A stretch of 63,317 bases of DNA, the filler included, from Octopus bimaculoides (taxonomy: Eukaryota): NCBI RefSeq assembly GCF_001194135.2. It is 6 parts of 6 records of this genome, joined end to end, with 100 filler letters (N's around TTAATTAATTAA, not from the genome) between each part and the next. Parts side by side here need not be neighbours in the genome. Positions count along the whole stretch, not along the records: positions 10,792 to 23,329 come from NC_068985.1; positions 23,430 to 48,922 come from NC_068990.1; 4 more parts are not named here. One strand, given 5' to 3'. Position numbers and translations under genes: made by a program. The notes below the pieces were generated by a model that searched no databases, had not been told where the DNA came from, and worked only from the letters and a program-made list of their open reading frames with translations. Shown here in pieces: positions 12,176 through 26,400 of this stretch (positions are counted from its first letter, which is position 1; every line of letters begins with the position of its first letter).

Positions 12176-12747
12176 CGAGGCTAGAACAAAAGTAGAATCG
12201 TGGACAAAAGAGTTGATAAAGAATGGAACAAAAGAAACGGCGAGAAAGGGGTGAAGAATGTAGGAAAAAATCTATGAAAGAATTTGCAGGAGTTTATCAT
12301 TTGGAAATGTTCCGAGCCGCATCGCTTCACTTCCGATGATGGTTAGTCCTTCACTTGTATAATGGTAGAATATATTCTTTACTTTCTAACTTCTATTCAA
12401 CACTGTGTTCAACAGCCATGACTTAATAAGGTTTCCAACTTTGGATACAAAAAAGAAAATGCGAGGAAATGAGGCAAAGATTCTATTTCCCCTCTCAAGA
12501 CTCTCTTTCTTTCTGTCTATCTCTTCTCTTTCTCTCTCTTTGTCTCTTTCTTTCTCCCTCACCTCTCTCTCTCCTTTATCATTTTTCGTTTTTCTTCATC
12601 TTTCTTTTTCTCTCTTTACCTCAAATAAATAGAAAAACCTACAAATACCAACATAAAAGTGTATGTGTGTGTGTTTCTGTCTGGCTGTCTGTCTGTGTCA
12701 GTATGTCGTGTGTGTGCGTGTTTCTGCATGCGCGTAAGTGTATCCGT

Positions 12748-12751
<4 letters not shown>

Positions 12752-12809
<58 letters not shown>

Positions 12810-12836
12810 GGATGGATGGATGGATGGATGGATGGA
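12752..12836. repeat. (GATA)n followed by (GATG)n
   Basis: Directly visible. Confidence 0.95.
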
Positions 12837-13382
12837 CGTATGCATTTGTATTTATATATATTACACGCACGTATGCATAAATATGTATGAGTGTGTGTTT
12901 GTGTGTGTGTGTTTAGTGGATCGTCATTTTCGCTGATGTGCAATAATGTAATTAAATGAGAGAAAAAAAAAACAACTTATTCAATGCAGTTACAGAGACT
13001 GAGATAACGTTATTTATTGAAATCTAAATGTATGTGAGTTGGTACTACTCTTCAGACAATATGAAAGTAGATCTCAGGAAACTCCGAGTAGCGAACGGCA
13101 CGTATTCAACTTTGTTCTTTTACTTCTTTTAAGGATTAGACTTAAACCAATGAGTAATTGAATCAAACACATCTACTCCAGAGCTAATTTTAAGTTTGGT
13201 GCATACTTGTTGGTATCATTTTGCTGAACAGTTTGGTACATAAACGGAAATAAACGTCCAATGCATATCAACTAGTGAGAAGAGCACAGTATCAAACATG
13301 TACATGCATTCACACGGTTCCTGTGTACAAGTTTCACTCGCAAGAAATTAGTCGACTAAGGAGATATAATTTTTTCTGCCAT

Positions 13383-13564
13383 AAACACAAGGTCTGAAAT
13401 TTACAGGGAGAAAGTTAGTCAATTACATCGACCCTAGTGCTCAACAGGTACTTGTTCTATCGGCTCTGAAAAGTTGAAAAAGAAATTCGACCTAGGCGTA
13501 TTCTGATGTCGGAACGTAAAAATAGACGAAACGCCACCAAGGAGTTTTTTTCTCGTGTGCTAAC
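13383..13564 (-). mobile_element. SINE family B
   Basis: cacaaggtctgaaattt...gtcaattacatcgaccctagtgctcaacaggtactt...ctcgtgtgctaac. Confidence 0.75.
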
Positions 13565-14079
13565 NNNNNNNNNNNNNNNNNNNNNNNNNNNNNNNNNNNN
13601 NNNNNNNNNNNNNNNNNNNNNNNNNNNNNNNNNNNNNNNNNNNNNNNNNNNNNNNNNNNNNNNNNNNNNNNNNNNNNNNNNNNNNNNNNNNNNNNNNNNN
13701 NNNNNNNNNNNNNNNNNNNNNNNNNNNNNNNNNNNNNNNNNNNNNNNNNNNNNNNNNNNNNNNNNNNNNNNNNNNNNNNNNNNNNNNNNNNNNNNNNNNN
13801 NNNNNNNNNNNNNNNNNNNNNNNNNNNNNNNNNNNNNNNNNNNNNNNNNNNNNNNNNNNNNNNNNNNNNNNNNNNNNNNNNNNNNNNNNNNNNNNNNNNN
13901 NNNNNNNNNNNNNNNNNNNNNNNNNNNNNNNNNNNNNNNNNNNNNNNNNNNNNNNNNNNNNNNNNNNNNNNNNNNNNNNNNNNNNNNNNNNNNNNNNNNN
14001 NNNNNNNNNNNNNNNNNNNNNNNNNNNNNNNNNNNNNNNNNNNNNNNNNNNNNNNNNNNNNNNNNNNNNNNNNNNNNNN

Positions 14080-16331
14080 GGAGAGCAATGGTAAGGTTGG
14101 AGAAATATTTTATGGATAGAGTCTTACAGCTGTTTCTGGGAAGATCCAGTACTTCCCTTCATCGGAGACAGAAAAAATAAAGTAATCTATTATTATCTCC
14201 ATAGGCGGATATTTTTAGTATGAAGTGGTAAAGAGTATGATGCGCTGAAAAAAGAGAGAACAGTACTTGAAGTGTAGTTTCATTCCAGTAGTAAATATCC
14301 GTGTAGAAATCCGTGTAAAGTAATCCTTGTGGGGATAATCCGGAAATAGATGTTGGAGTGAAGGCTGATACAGCATAGATAGCAGAGGTGAATATATGCC
14401 ATACTGCGATGGATTTTTGCTTGTTTACTTGAAGAATGGCCAAAGTCAAGTGAAAAATGAGAGGTAATTAGGTCAAGTCATGAAGACAGAATGTAAAAGG
14501 GGATAGAGGAGAGATAGAGGTGGAGGATAGTAGCGGTATATTCTTATGGTCAGTTGATCTTACAGGATAGAGGGGATGAGCATATAGAGTGAAAGAGGAA
14601 TGGGGGGATGAGGTTGAAAGGTCTAGTGAGTAGGAAGGAATGCGCGTATGTAGTATATAGGTGGTGGGGGTATGAGTAATAAACCAAGGACAGAGATAAA
14701 GGGAGAGATGGGTGGGAAAGGTAGTTAGCAGTATCATATTATAGAATGCAGCCAAACCTATGTATAGACGGTGGAAAGGTATTGAAAGAAACGACGTAGT
14801 CTGTAAGCGTTGGTGGTGCTCTTGTGAATTAGAGAGTAGAAGNNNNNNNNNNNNNNNNNNNNNNNNNNNNNNNNNNNNNNNNNNNNNNNNNNNNNNNNNN
14901 NNNNNNNNNNNNNNNNNNNNNNNNNNNNNNNNNNNNNNNNNNNNNNNNNNNNNNNNNNNNNNNNNNNNNNNNNNNNNNNNNNNNNNNNNNNNNNNNNNNN
15001 NNNNNNNNNNNNNNNNNNNNNNNNNNNNNNNNNNNNNNNNNNNNNNNNNNNNNNNNNNNNNNNNNNNNNNNNNNNNNNNNNNNNNNNNNNNNNNNNNNNN
15101 NNNNNNNNNNNNNNNNNNNNNNNNNNNNNNNNNNNNNNNNNNNNNNNNNNNNNNNNNNNNNNNNNNNNNNNNNNNNNNNNNNNNNNNNNNNNNNNNNNNN
15201 NNNNNNNNNNNNNNNNNNNNNNNNNNNNNNNNNNNNNNNNNNNNNNNNNNNNNNNNNNNNNNNNNNNNNNNNNNNNNNNNNNNNNNNNNNNNNNNNNNNN
15301 NNNNNNNNNNNNNNNNNNNNNNNNNNNNNNNNNNNNNNNNNNNNNNNNNNNNNNNNNNNNNNNNNNNNNNNNNNNNNNNNNNNNNNNNNNNNNNNNNNNN
15401 NNNNNNNNNNNNNNNNNNNNNNNNNNNNNNNNNNNNNNNNNNNNNNNNNNNNNNNNNNNNNNNNNNNNNNNNNNNNNNNNNNNNNNNNNNNNNNNNNNNN
15501 NNNNNNNNNNTTGGAGGATATGTTATTGGGGGATGTGTAGGAATCTAGATCAATGGAATTATTGTTATGGCTATTTGTCCTATCAATGTTATTATTGGTA
15601 TTGTTATTATCTGGAATATTAATGGGTTGGGATCCATTGTGGTTTTGTTCTAGTGTACGAGCGTTAGTGTTAGAAGAACGTATATTAATGTCCATGTTGG
15701 GTGTATGTGTGGGTCGGGTGCTGGCGCTAGCGTAGGTATGGTTGCTTAGGTTTTGGTAATAGAGCGAGAGTTTATGTTTGTTAGAAGCTGCTATAATAGA
15801 TTCAAAGTTAGGAGTGGTAGAATACGATAATTTTAAAGTGGATCTGTTGAATATAGAGTGGCATTTGTGTTGTCGTGGGAAGTTAGAATCTAGTATTTTG
15901 AAGAAAGATTTGGCTAGGTTCCTAGTGTTAAGAGAGAATGGGGGGGTGTTCCACAGGATGGAGCGGCCACCGCTTTTTTGGGGGGTTCTGTGCATGGTGT
16001 AATTAAGGTGTTTAGGTGGAGGGCAGATATCTATACTTTTGGTAGGGCTAGCTGATTTAAACATCTTAGATTTAGCCCTAGTGTTATAGGTGTGATTGTG
16101 AGGTCTGTTTGAATATGTGGGTGGTTGGTTGTGGTTTTGATTGATGTTATGTCTTTGGGGTGCGATTTGTGATATAAATTGTTTAAGTCTGGTGTTATGG
16201 ATGTANNNNNNNNNNGGGTGGTTGGTTGTGGTTTTGATTGATGTTATGTCTTTGGGGTGCGATTTGTGATATAAATTGTTTAAGTCTGGTGTTATGGATG
16301 TATTTTATTTGTTGGGAGAAACCACTAGCCG
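14080..16331 (-). mobile_element. Penelope-like element, 3' part with internal gap
   Basis: Encodes RSILWNTPPFSLNTRNLAKSFFKILDSNFPRQHKCHSIFNRSTLKLSYSTTPNFESIIAASNKHKL, matching the Penelope W(F)NPPFS...IFNRNTxKLSYS...PN block after the RT. Pyrimidine-rich 3' region ends in a hammerhead-like motif. Confidence 0.88.
14121..14169 (-). ncRNA. Minimal type I hammerhead-ribozyme-like motif in the Penelope terminus
   Basis: GTCT-CCGATGA-A-GGGAAG(tactggat)CTTCCC-A-GAAA-CAGCTG-TA-AGAC: 4-bp stem I, core boxes, 6-bp stem II, palindromic stem III, GUA cleavage triplet. Confidence 0.7.
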
Positions 16332-16335
16332 CTAG

Positions 16336-16380
<45 letters not shown>

Positions 16381-16422
16381 CTGTATGTGTGTTTATTTAT
16401 GTCATATATATATGCGCATATA

Positions 16423-16554
16423 CAGGGTGTCCACAAGGTCTGGTTACATGGAATAAATAAAATCATACCATAAACAATTAAATATAGGCAATAATAATTT
16501 CTTAAAGTATGTGTTAATCCCCCATGTACCCACCCAGACTTTGTGGACACCCTG
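16423..16554. mobile_element. Tc1/mariner-type MITE (132 bp) with TA target duplication
   Basis: TIRs cagggtgtccacaa(g/a)gtctgg (21 bp, one mismatch), flanked by TA at 16421-16422 and 16555-16556. Confidence 0.88.
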
Positions 16555-16559
16555 TATAT

Positions 16560-16930
16560 TCCTGGAACTTATTGTCTCGTTTTCTTTTGCCGAACCATTA
16601 GGTTACGTGACGTAAACACACCCACCACGGTTGTCAGGCGTTGGTGGTAGACAAACAGACTCAAAGACACACGCACACATAATACATACATACATACCTA
16701 CATACATACCTACATACATACATACATACATACATACATACATACATACATACATACATACATACATGTGTGTCTGTGTGTGTGTGATGGGTTTCTTACA
16801 TTTTCCGTCTACCGAATCCACTTACAAGGCTTTGGTCGGCCCGAGCTTATAGTAAAAGACATATCCCCAAGGCAGCTCGTAGTGGGACTGAACCTCAACT
16901 ATGTGGTTAGTTGGTTGGGAAGTAAACTTC
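16560..16930 (-). mobile_element. SINE family A with an intact internal (TACA)n tract
   Basis: Tail and head halves are separated by about 100 bp of (TACA)n. Confidence 0.85.
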
Positions 16931-17024
16931 GTACTAGATAGCCACGATTATATATACGCATGCATATATCGATATACAGATATGCCATTAATATATATGT
17001 GTATGTATATATATACATATACAT

Positions 17025-17077
<53 letters not shown>

Positions 17078-19791
17078 NNNNNNNNNNNNNNNNNNNNNNN
17101 NNNNNNNNNNNNNNNNNNNNNNNNNNNNNNNNNNNNNNNNNNNNNNNNNNNNNNNNNNNNNNNNNNNNNNNNNNNNNNNNNNNNNNNNNNNNNNNNNNNN
17201 NNNNNNNNNNNNNNNNNNNNNNNNNNNNNNNNNNNNNNNNNNNNNNNNNNNNNNNNNNNNNNNNNNNNNNNNNNNNNNNNNNNNNNNNNNNNNNNNNNNN
17301 NNNNNNNNNNNNNNNNNNNNNNNNNNNNNNNNNNNNNNNNNNNNNNNNNNNNNNNNNNNNNNNNNNNNNNNNNNNNNNNNNNNNNNNNNNNNNNNNNNNN
17401 NNNNNNNNNNNNNNNNNNNNNNNNNNNNNNNNNNNNNNNNNNNNNNNNNNNNNNNNNNNNNNNNNNNNNNNNNNNNNNNNNNNNNNNGCAGAGACACGGA
17501 AAGTTATATTTTACAGAAAATATATTTCATATAAAGATACAATTTGGCCTTGTGCCAAAATTTGAACTGAATATATAGGTACACATTTATGTTTTGAATT
17601 TTTTCTTCCATATATATCTGGAATGTGACCGTGTGCGCGAGTGTGTGTGTATGTGTTTGTGTGTATGTGTTTGTGTGTATGTGTTTGTGTGTATGTGTGT
17701 ATTTCTTTATTTATGTATGTGTTTGCGTCTGTTGGTTTGTGTTCGTGCTCTTTTCTAGCTCTTCTGCTATGATTGCAGATATATGTAGATGTGTTACTTA
17801 GCTCACGTGTAAGCGCGCGCGGTGTGTATGTGTGTGTCTGTGTGTCTGTGTGTCTGTCTATGTTTACAATAGGCAGGCACCCTTAAATAATATTAAGTAG
17901 TTTGTAAAGTTAACAGCAATAACAAAATCAAGCTTCATTTCTATGAGATGTGCTGTTAGCCAACCGTAAAATGTACAAATGGTCAAACCTTTGAATATAT
18001 GGAGGGTAAAAATGGTAACAAAACTACTGAAAAGTAAATTATGGTTTGCTACATGAGTGAAATATAGGAACACTGATTAATGCTACATCAAATGCACATA
18101 CAATAGAACCGTTCTTAATTCCCTCAAAATACAATTATCAAGTTTGGCTCCTCTCGAGTAATGGAATTTCCAGAACTGGACATGAATTGGAGAAATTTCC
18201 ATACATGATTTTTTTATTCAATAAAATTCTACAACATTTTATCGTATTTACCAACGATGTACCCTTCCTCTTCCTTCTCACCTTCTCACTCTCCTAGTTT
18301 CTTCGGCACACGTCCGGTGTCTGTTTCTCTCTTTCTCGCTCGTTCCCTGTTTCTCTTTTTTTAGTCATCCCAATTTCAGCTGCTTTCTACGTATTTCATA
18401 TTTGTCTTCTTATATATATACACACACACACACACACGCACACACGATCTTACACACACATACATATACACACATATACATATATATATATATACATATA
18501 TATTGATGTATTTATATATATATATATGTATATGTATATGTATATATATATATNNNNNNNNNNNNNNNNNNNNNNNNNNNNNNNNNNNNNNNNNNNNNNN
18601 NNNNNNNNNNNNNNNNNNNNNNNNNNNNNNNNNNATATATATACACACACATACATATCTATATACAAATATATATTAATATGTATATATGCATGTATTT
18701 ATATATAGATATACATATATATTTATACACACATATATACATATAAGCATACAAACATATATATACATTGTGTATATATATGCGTATTGATGCATGTATG
18801 TATATGTATGTATGTATGTGTATGTATGCATTTATGTATGTATATATATATATATATGTATGCATGTATGTATTATACAATGTACCAAAGCGAAAACAAT
18901 TACAGGGAGACAGAAATAGAACTGTAGAAATACAATATGCAGCCTCATATTCTTACATGTGCTTCAATGCGGGCGTGTGTGTTTTTGTGTGTGTGTCCGC
19001 GGGGGTGTGTGTGCGCGCGTGCGCGCGCGCGTATATACGTGCATCTGTGTGTGTTACGTATATGTGGGTGTGTGATCTGCATATCTAATATGTGTAAAAG
19101 GTTCTGAAACATTCATGATATTAAAATGAAAAGTATTGATAACTGGAAGCAGTTCTTTACGAGATCGGATCCAATAGAGTAAACTGGATATTTTTTTTTA
19201 AAAAAGCTTTCTTGTTTTGTTTCTGTTTTTTTTTTTTTTTTCAAATTTACTCTGAAAATTGTTTTTGTTTTTGCATTTATTTTTAACACTTTCTTCTCAA
19301 ATTTAAATCTTTTTATCAAATTAGCGTCAGTCTAATATAAAATTAAAAGAAATTAAAAGGCAACAGGAATATAATGTGGTTGACACAGTAGCAATTTAAA
19401 TGGAAGAAAAGGTAGAATAACGGGTGGATGCTCCCCAGCAAAGTCGCACTTTAATAACTTAAACAAATAAAAGCATAATAATAGTGGTGATGATGGTGGT
19501 GATGGATTAGAAGATTTTAGCTGAGTGTTGGTCAAAATACCTTGTTTCATGAATTTACATGTTTACGTTTCTGAGTTCAAATCCTGATGAAGTCACTTTT
19601 GATTTCTCACATTCCAGCGTCAAGAAAACAACAGTGGGTTTGATATAGTCGATAAGGGTGACCATGTGGCTTAGATACAAATGAGTAGCGGTGCACAATC
19701 ACAAAGCATTTTTTTTCAACTAAATAGAAAAGTAGACTGGAATGGTATTTGGAGAAGGCTATGAAGATATATGTACTCATATGTATGTGTG

Positions 19792-19836
<45 letters not shown>

Positions 19837-20026
19837 TCATAGCCTTCTCAAACTACCATTAATATGTATATATCTATGTATGTATGTATGCATATATATA
19901 TATCATATGTGTGTGTGTTTGTGTGTGTGTACCTATGTGCATATATGTACAATAATATATGCTTACATACACGCACACACACACACATATATGCATTCAT
20001 ATGTACATATATAAACACTTAAATAT

Positions 20027-20095
<69 letters not shown>

Positions 20096-20289
20096 NNNNN
20101 NNNNNTACAAGTATTTTCAGGCTGAAAAGTGTCTGGAATTGATGTTAAGTCCTGTTTACGAAGTGCTCGTGTTTCAAAATGGATTGTCCAATTTACCGTG
20201 TTTGAAATGCTTTAAAACCATTGTAGGTCACTTCTCTCCAAACCGTTCAATTTTTTTTTTTTTTTTGTCATCTACTCCCATTCTTCAAT

Positions 20290-21640
20290 GTTCACACTAA
20301 GAGCTTTATTGTTGCTTTTGACGGCATCCTTAAAGCGTTTCTTAGGCAACTCCCCTTAAAACATCTGCTTAAGTAACCTGTCATCCTGCACTCTTGTACG
20401 GTTCCTAGCCCAACGCATCTGATTGCATGTGTGGAGTATTTCAATACTAAACGTGTTGCCTTGCTGAAGAACTACAGTGTCTAGTTTCAGAAACTACTAT
20501 TTAAGATCCTCTTAAGGTAAGTTTGATAGAATCTTTCCAGGCGTAAATGTAATGACATGAAGTCCAAATCTTGGAAGAATACAAAAGGGCAGTTAAAATG
20601 CATAATTCATAGACTCTGAGCTTGGGTTTGGTGATGATACCTCTGTCAGGCCACATAGTATTTTTGAGCCTTCAAAATACTTTGCTGGATTTTTTTATCG
20701 TCAGATTTATTTCAGAACAAAGGAACCCATCTCTAGAGAGTCTACTGCCAAGATAAACGAAAGTCGACCACATCTAATCTTTTACTTCGGACGAACATGT
20801 TAAGTTCGTCATAGGGTTCCCCTGGAAGCTAAGATAACATGCATTTTGTCATTTCCAGGCTGATGGTAAATCCAAATGCAGTGCATGCTCGAGAGAAACG
20901 ATTCGTTATAGCCTGCATGTCTTCTTCAGAGTGAGTGATGAGAACTATATCATCAGTATAAAGGAGCTCGTGGGTAAGAACCTGAAAGGTCTTCGATTTT
21001 GCATTGAATCATGTAACATCAAAGATCTAACTTATGGTTCTCAAGCGAATGCAGACGTCAATATCATGGTCCTGGAAAGAGTACGAGACAGTTACAGCAA
21101 AATATATGAAGAAACGTATTGGAGTACGAATATCACTTTGTTTAACCCCATCATTATTGGTGGAAATTGGCTCCGAGAGTGAACCGTTACAGTTAAAACT
21201 ATCATTCATATCACTATGGGGTAGCTTAAGCAAGTTGACAAAATGAGGTGGACATCCAAGTTTCCCAAGAATGGGTCAGAGAGCGGTAATATTTAAAGTA
21301 TCGAAGGCTTTTGTTTAATCGACAAAGACCTGATAAAAAGCTATACGATGTTCGATTTCTTCTGGAGCTGACGAGCAACAAAACATCCTGTCTATTGTAG
21401 TACGACCTGATCTAAAATTACATTGATTTCCTGGTATAATAGCGGGGCAAATCCATTTTGTTAGCTGATTAAGTAAAATTCTTGCAAAAATCTTACCAAC
21501 TATTTCAAGTAGGCTGATTGTTCTGAAACGCTCTTGCGTAGATTTGGTTCCTATTCCTTTGAGCAATGAAATTAAAATAGCATCAGTCCAGTCCTGAAGC
21601 ACAGAAATAACCCACCTGACATCTGATATTAGATGCTAGA
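20290..21640 (-). mobile_element. Decayed RTE-clade LINE: RT domain and C-terminus
   Basis: DWTDAILISLLKG...FRTISLLEIVGKIFARILLNQL...QCNFRSGRTTIDRMF; GSLSEPISTNNDGVKQ; LERFYQTYLKRILK; QMRWARNRTRVQDDRLLKQMF*GEL. Many stops and frameshifts. Confidence 0.85.
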
Positions 21641-23199
21641 CCTATACAGCAAGCCTGTTACCCCATGGAGGAAAACTCCGAAAAACAAAATAATGTCACC
21701 AGATGCATTATTTACATAATTAATTCAGTATTTTGTAAATATGCCGTATGCAGTTTTAAAGGTTTAATCCGTTTCAACATCGCATATACATACGCACACA
21801 TATGTATAGGTATGCATATATATATATTTATATGTATATATGCGTATATATGTATGCATATGTATATGGACATATATATTTATATGTATANNNNNNNNNN
21901 NNNNNNNNNNNNNNNNNNNNNNNNNNNNNNNNNNNNNNNNNNNNNNNNTATATATATATATATATATGCGTGTGTGTGTGTGTGTGTGTGAATTAAGGCT
22001 ACCATTGGTTTTATGTTAAGAAAAGTAGGAAAATGTCCTAGTATTTTAACAATTTTTTATGCCGATCACATTTTGGAAAAAATAGCCTCGTTTAGTTCGC
22101 AGGTTTTCTTGTAAATTCATGTGAATGAAATAATAAATAGATGAATCAGGTGACGTTACTCTTGGGTAGCATATTTTGGATGTTTGTCTCCCTTAGATTT
22201 GTCTTTTTGGGCAAATTATTGTGTGGTCAAGCTGTTTGCAAGACAAAGAGGAATATACATTGACGATGCCCCGTTTCTTGGAATAAAAGTTTGGGAAGTA
22301 AGGATCGGGTATAGTTTAAAGTGTATTTTGTAAGTCAATTTTAAATCTAACTCCGTTGGCACTTCAGATTTTCCCCGTTTCATTCGTTCAATCTAATTCA
22401 CAATTCTCTACGCAAAAAGAAATATAACAACAACGACGACGACAACGATGATGATGATGATGATGACGACGATGATATTATTAACAACAGTAATATTAGC
22501 GACGATAATGGAAAGTTAAGATTCTTATTTTTCTCCAGAATATGTTTTATTTTCTATATACATATTATATACATATGTTACCGTTTGTGTCTGTGAGTGT
22601 GTGTATGTGTGTGTGTGTGTGTAGACAGAGAGAGAGAGAGAGAGAGAGATGCACACATACACGCGCGCGCGCATATAAGAACACACACACGCATATAAAG
22701 ACACACACACACACATATAAAGACACACACAATACACATACACATATACATATATGTATACAGACACATTATATTTAAAACAGTTTGTTTTAAGTATATT
22801 TCTTCTCTCTCTCTCTCTCTATGTGCCCCCTATCTCTCCATACACACACACATAGCGCAATGTATCCCGGCATTGTTCGGGTGTTATGAACTACAGGCAT
22901 ATTGCATTATTTGTTCCTTTCTTATGGCTACAGTCAGCAAAGCTGACATAGAGTGAACTGAATTACTAGCGTGATGGAAGTTATTGTTTGTTTAAAAGCG
23001 AAGGGGAAGGGTACAATTTGCATGGGTTTGCATGAAAGTGCTTTCTGTTCTTAAGAAGGATCACAAACTAAGTATTGTTTCATCGTATAAAAGGGGATTT
23101 ATACGATTTTGCCCAGAAATCACATTTTCAAAATTTTAAATTCCCCCCGACCCCACTGCAATTTCTTAATGTGTAACTTATTCGAATTTTGTGTTTGTC

Positions 23200-23329
23200 T
23201 ACATAGAAAACCACATGGTTCCAGGTTCAGTCCCACTGCGTGGCACCTTGGTCACGTGTCTTCTGCTATAGCCTCGGGCCGACCAAAGCCTTGTGAGTAG
23301 ATTTGGTAGACGGAAACTGAAAGAAGCTC
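23200..23329 (+). mobile_element. SINE family A head, cut by a join
   Basis: aaccacatggttccaggttcagtcccactgcgtggcaccttgg...cggaaactgaaagaagc. Confidence 0.88.
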
Positions 23330-23429
23330 NNNNNNNNNNNNNNNNNNNNNNNNNNNNNNNNNNNNNNNNNNNNTTAATTAATTAANNNNNNNNNNNNNNN
23401 NNNNNNNNNNNNNNNNNNNNNNNNNNNNN
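23330..23429. other. Artificial scaffold join
   Basis: 44 N + TTAATTAATTAA + 44 N. Confidence 0.95.
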
Positions 23430-23494
<65 letters not shown>

Positions 23495-26400
23495 ATATGA
23501 AAACAGATAAATTGATAGAAAAAATTACTCCATACATAAAGAAATATACGAAAACCGTACAATGCAGTAAGTAGGATACATTTAACGTAGTCAAAATAAC
23601 AATTACAGAGCAAGCACAGTGGAAGTTTTAAAAAGATGGTAATTAGAAATGAGCTGATTTATTAGGATTATAATGAGAGGCTGCAGTATATTTTGGACGC
23701 TCTTCATTGAACACGAAATCATCGATCATGTATACGAAGAGAAATATATAGAGGCTGGTAGCTAATCGAGACTCAAATATTAACTTTGTTTAAATATCTT
23801 AGATCAATTTCTACAACAGCTATTTCTTATCGTCCTGATTGAATGATTAATAATAATTTTATTCACAAATGCCGTATATTAATAAACACCAAGGTGCAGA
23901 AAAATTATTTCGAATGTTATTTTTACAGCTTTTCATACAATGAAGATGGATATAAATACTTAAAACAATATTTCACATTCTCATTCTATTTTGGCCCTTA
24001 AGAATGCAAAGAAATGCTATTTAAATTACACATAACCCGAAACTTACTTCAAATATGTAATTGACAGTTATGTCGATTATAAGCAGCTTGATAAAATAAA
24101 TATTGAAAAATATCATTAAGGTAAACCTCAGGCTCTTCTTACCCAGTGTAAAGAAATAAAGTATATTTACTGTTAGGTTTATCAGAGAGCATATTATATA
24201 CATGTATTTACAGTTTTATTTCAGTTAAATTAGCTTAATCAGAGAAGTGTTCTTGGAACATGCGCAGTCAATACATGACACAAAAGCTTTTCTATAGTAT
24301 TTTTCATTTAAGAATGTGTACAAGTGTTGGTTCCGGTTATGTGAGACAGCGACTTATGTTGCTTAAATGGTAGAACAAAATATGACTTTGCAAATGAAGT
24401 GGACAGTCAATTGTTCCCACTGCCAATATGTTTTGAAAATCATTAGCAATGTAAACAGCAGCCAAGCCAACATCGAGGAAAGCAATACAAAAGATAGTGG
24501 TTTGAAAGGAATGCAACTACTACCATCACGGCAACCAGCAGATCTGTGCGAAAGAACAACACTATTAATGATCATGAAAACGAGAAGGAGAAAATCAAAA
24601 TTGCCTATTTCACAAATTTGTAACATTCACCTCCGCCAACGTCAACATAATTAACAGCAACTCAAATAAAATCAAGACACCATAATTAACAAATCCAATG
24701 TTATCGTGTTCGCAATCGCTGTGCTACTCGAGAAAGTAATTAAATTAATGTCTGAAAAATTATATAATGCCGAAAAATCCCTACGAAGTCTTAGAAAATA
24801 TAAGATTAGATATTCTAGAATGCATCCGGCAGGAATATGAAAATTGTAATTCACAGTACAGTAGAAATAAAATGCTGGAAAATAGACCGGCGATACTCTC
24901 TAAAATAATACGACGTGTTTCTGCCTACTTTAGTTCATCAAAACGTATGTCGAATAATAGAGCATGATAGAGGAGATTTTTTTTCCGATAGAGGATGAGA
25001 TCCCGAAGCGCTGCAAAACAACACTAAAGAATCCTGAGCTTGTCCGCAAACCAAGTTACCTTGGCTGCTACTAAGGATACAGATTATGCATGTGTCCCCA
25101 GAAATAAATGGCTGCTGGTTGTTATGTGGTGCGATTTGTAAGGAAAGCAAAAGGTCTCCTTCGATTCATCTGTAAACTTCATTTCTTTTTACACTGAATC
25201 CCAAAGACTTCGTATGAGCATTTTCTCTGAACCTTTGATCAATTTATGAAGCTACTGAGAAGCTGGTCAGATCTCATTTTCTTTGCCGTTTCGGCATGGT
25301 GTAAGTCTAGAGTATATCTGTTTCACAAAACTCATAATATAATGTCGAGTTTTTCGACAAAAGGTGAGCTAGAGGTGACTAGCAATTTGAACTGCATTTT
25401 AAACGCGGCATTGACAATCTTAATTCAACGCAACATTATCTGAAGCATTGCTGATCAAAACAGTAAGTCAACGGCAAAGAATAATAATCGCAACAGAATC
25501 GGACTGCGACATTGTGATAATACACTACCATGAATGGCGTCACAATCAACATTTACGCAAAAAACCATGGAAGTACCAGCAAATGCAATAACAACTGATG
25601 TAAAGAAAAAAAAACACGGAAATAGCAATATTCACAGCACCTATAAGGACAAACATTATCAAAAAACCGTTGCAAATGACAGCGGAATATAAATTATTTA
25701 ACAGTGGCATCAACATGTCTTGGAATATTCCAACACGCCACCAACATCAGCACAATCATTAACAGTAACACTTTAACAAGGAGACGACCTATTCAGGCAA
25801 TCGTACTGGGGTTGGTTTCACTGAAGTGGTTAGGACATGATAAGCTATTGTTTTCTTATTTTTCTTAGAACTGAAAATTGCAAAATATTTTGCAAGCTGA
25901 TATGGCTGTTGGGCATCTTTAAACAAATTGCAACATTTTCTGAACAAAGTAAAAGAATGATTGTTAGACAGAGTCCTGGTACTTAGAGAAGTAGAAGAAG
26001 CGATACAGAATTAAATTCAAAACCTCAAAAACTAATCTGTGACACCAGAATATATACATCGCTAGTGTGAAAATGATTCGGCTCAATGGAAGTATGATTG
26101 CCGATCGAAGAGGGCGCAAAAACGCTCTGTATATTACCCATGTAGTATAAGTTATAATTCGAAATGTTACAGTAGATTTATTTGTTGTGTATATATCGTC
26201 AAGAAAACTAAATTACTGCCACATTATTTCTTCCACTTTGGCATATTAATTTTCGTTGAGTTGATACATATAAACACCATATTTCAGTAACAAGCCTTTT
26301 TCGTTTGCAATTGCATTAGCCACATACGTGAAATGAAACAGCTTCAATCGGAAATCGAACGCGGCTGGTGCTCGCCATAATTTATTTAAATTGATACGCA

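Noticed and set aside
12250-12375. Minus-strand IFYHYTSEGLTII, resembling a YHYT..GL..I ADP-ribosyltransferase motif
   Set aside because: Short frame closed by stops, with no splice support; likely chance.
16119-16302. 87-bp direct duplication inside the Penelope element
   Set aside because: The copies are identical and separated by a 10-N gap, typical of an unmerged contig overlap.
25040-25075. YLGCY as the start of a WSC domain
   Set aside because: Stop follows immediately and the downstream Cys spacing does not fit WSC.
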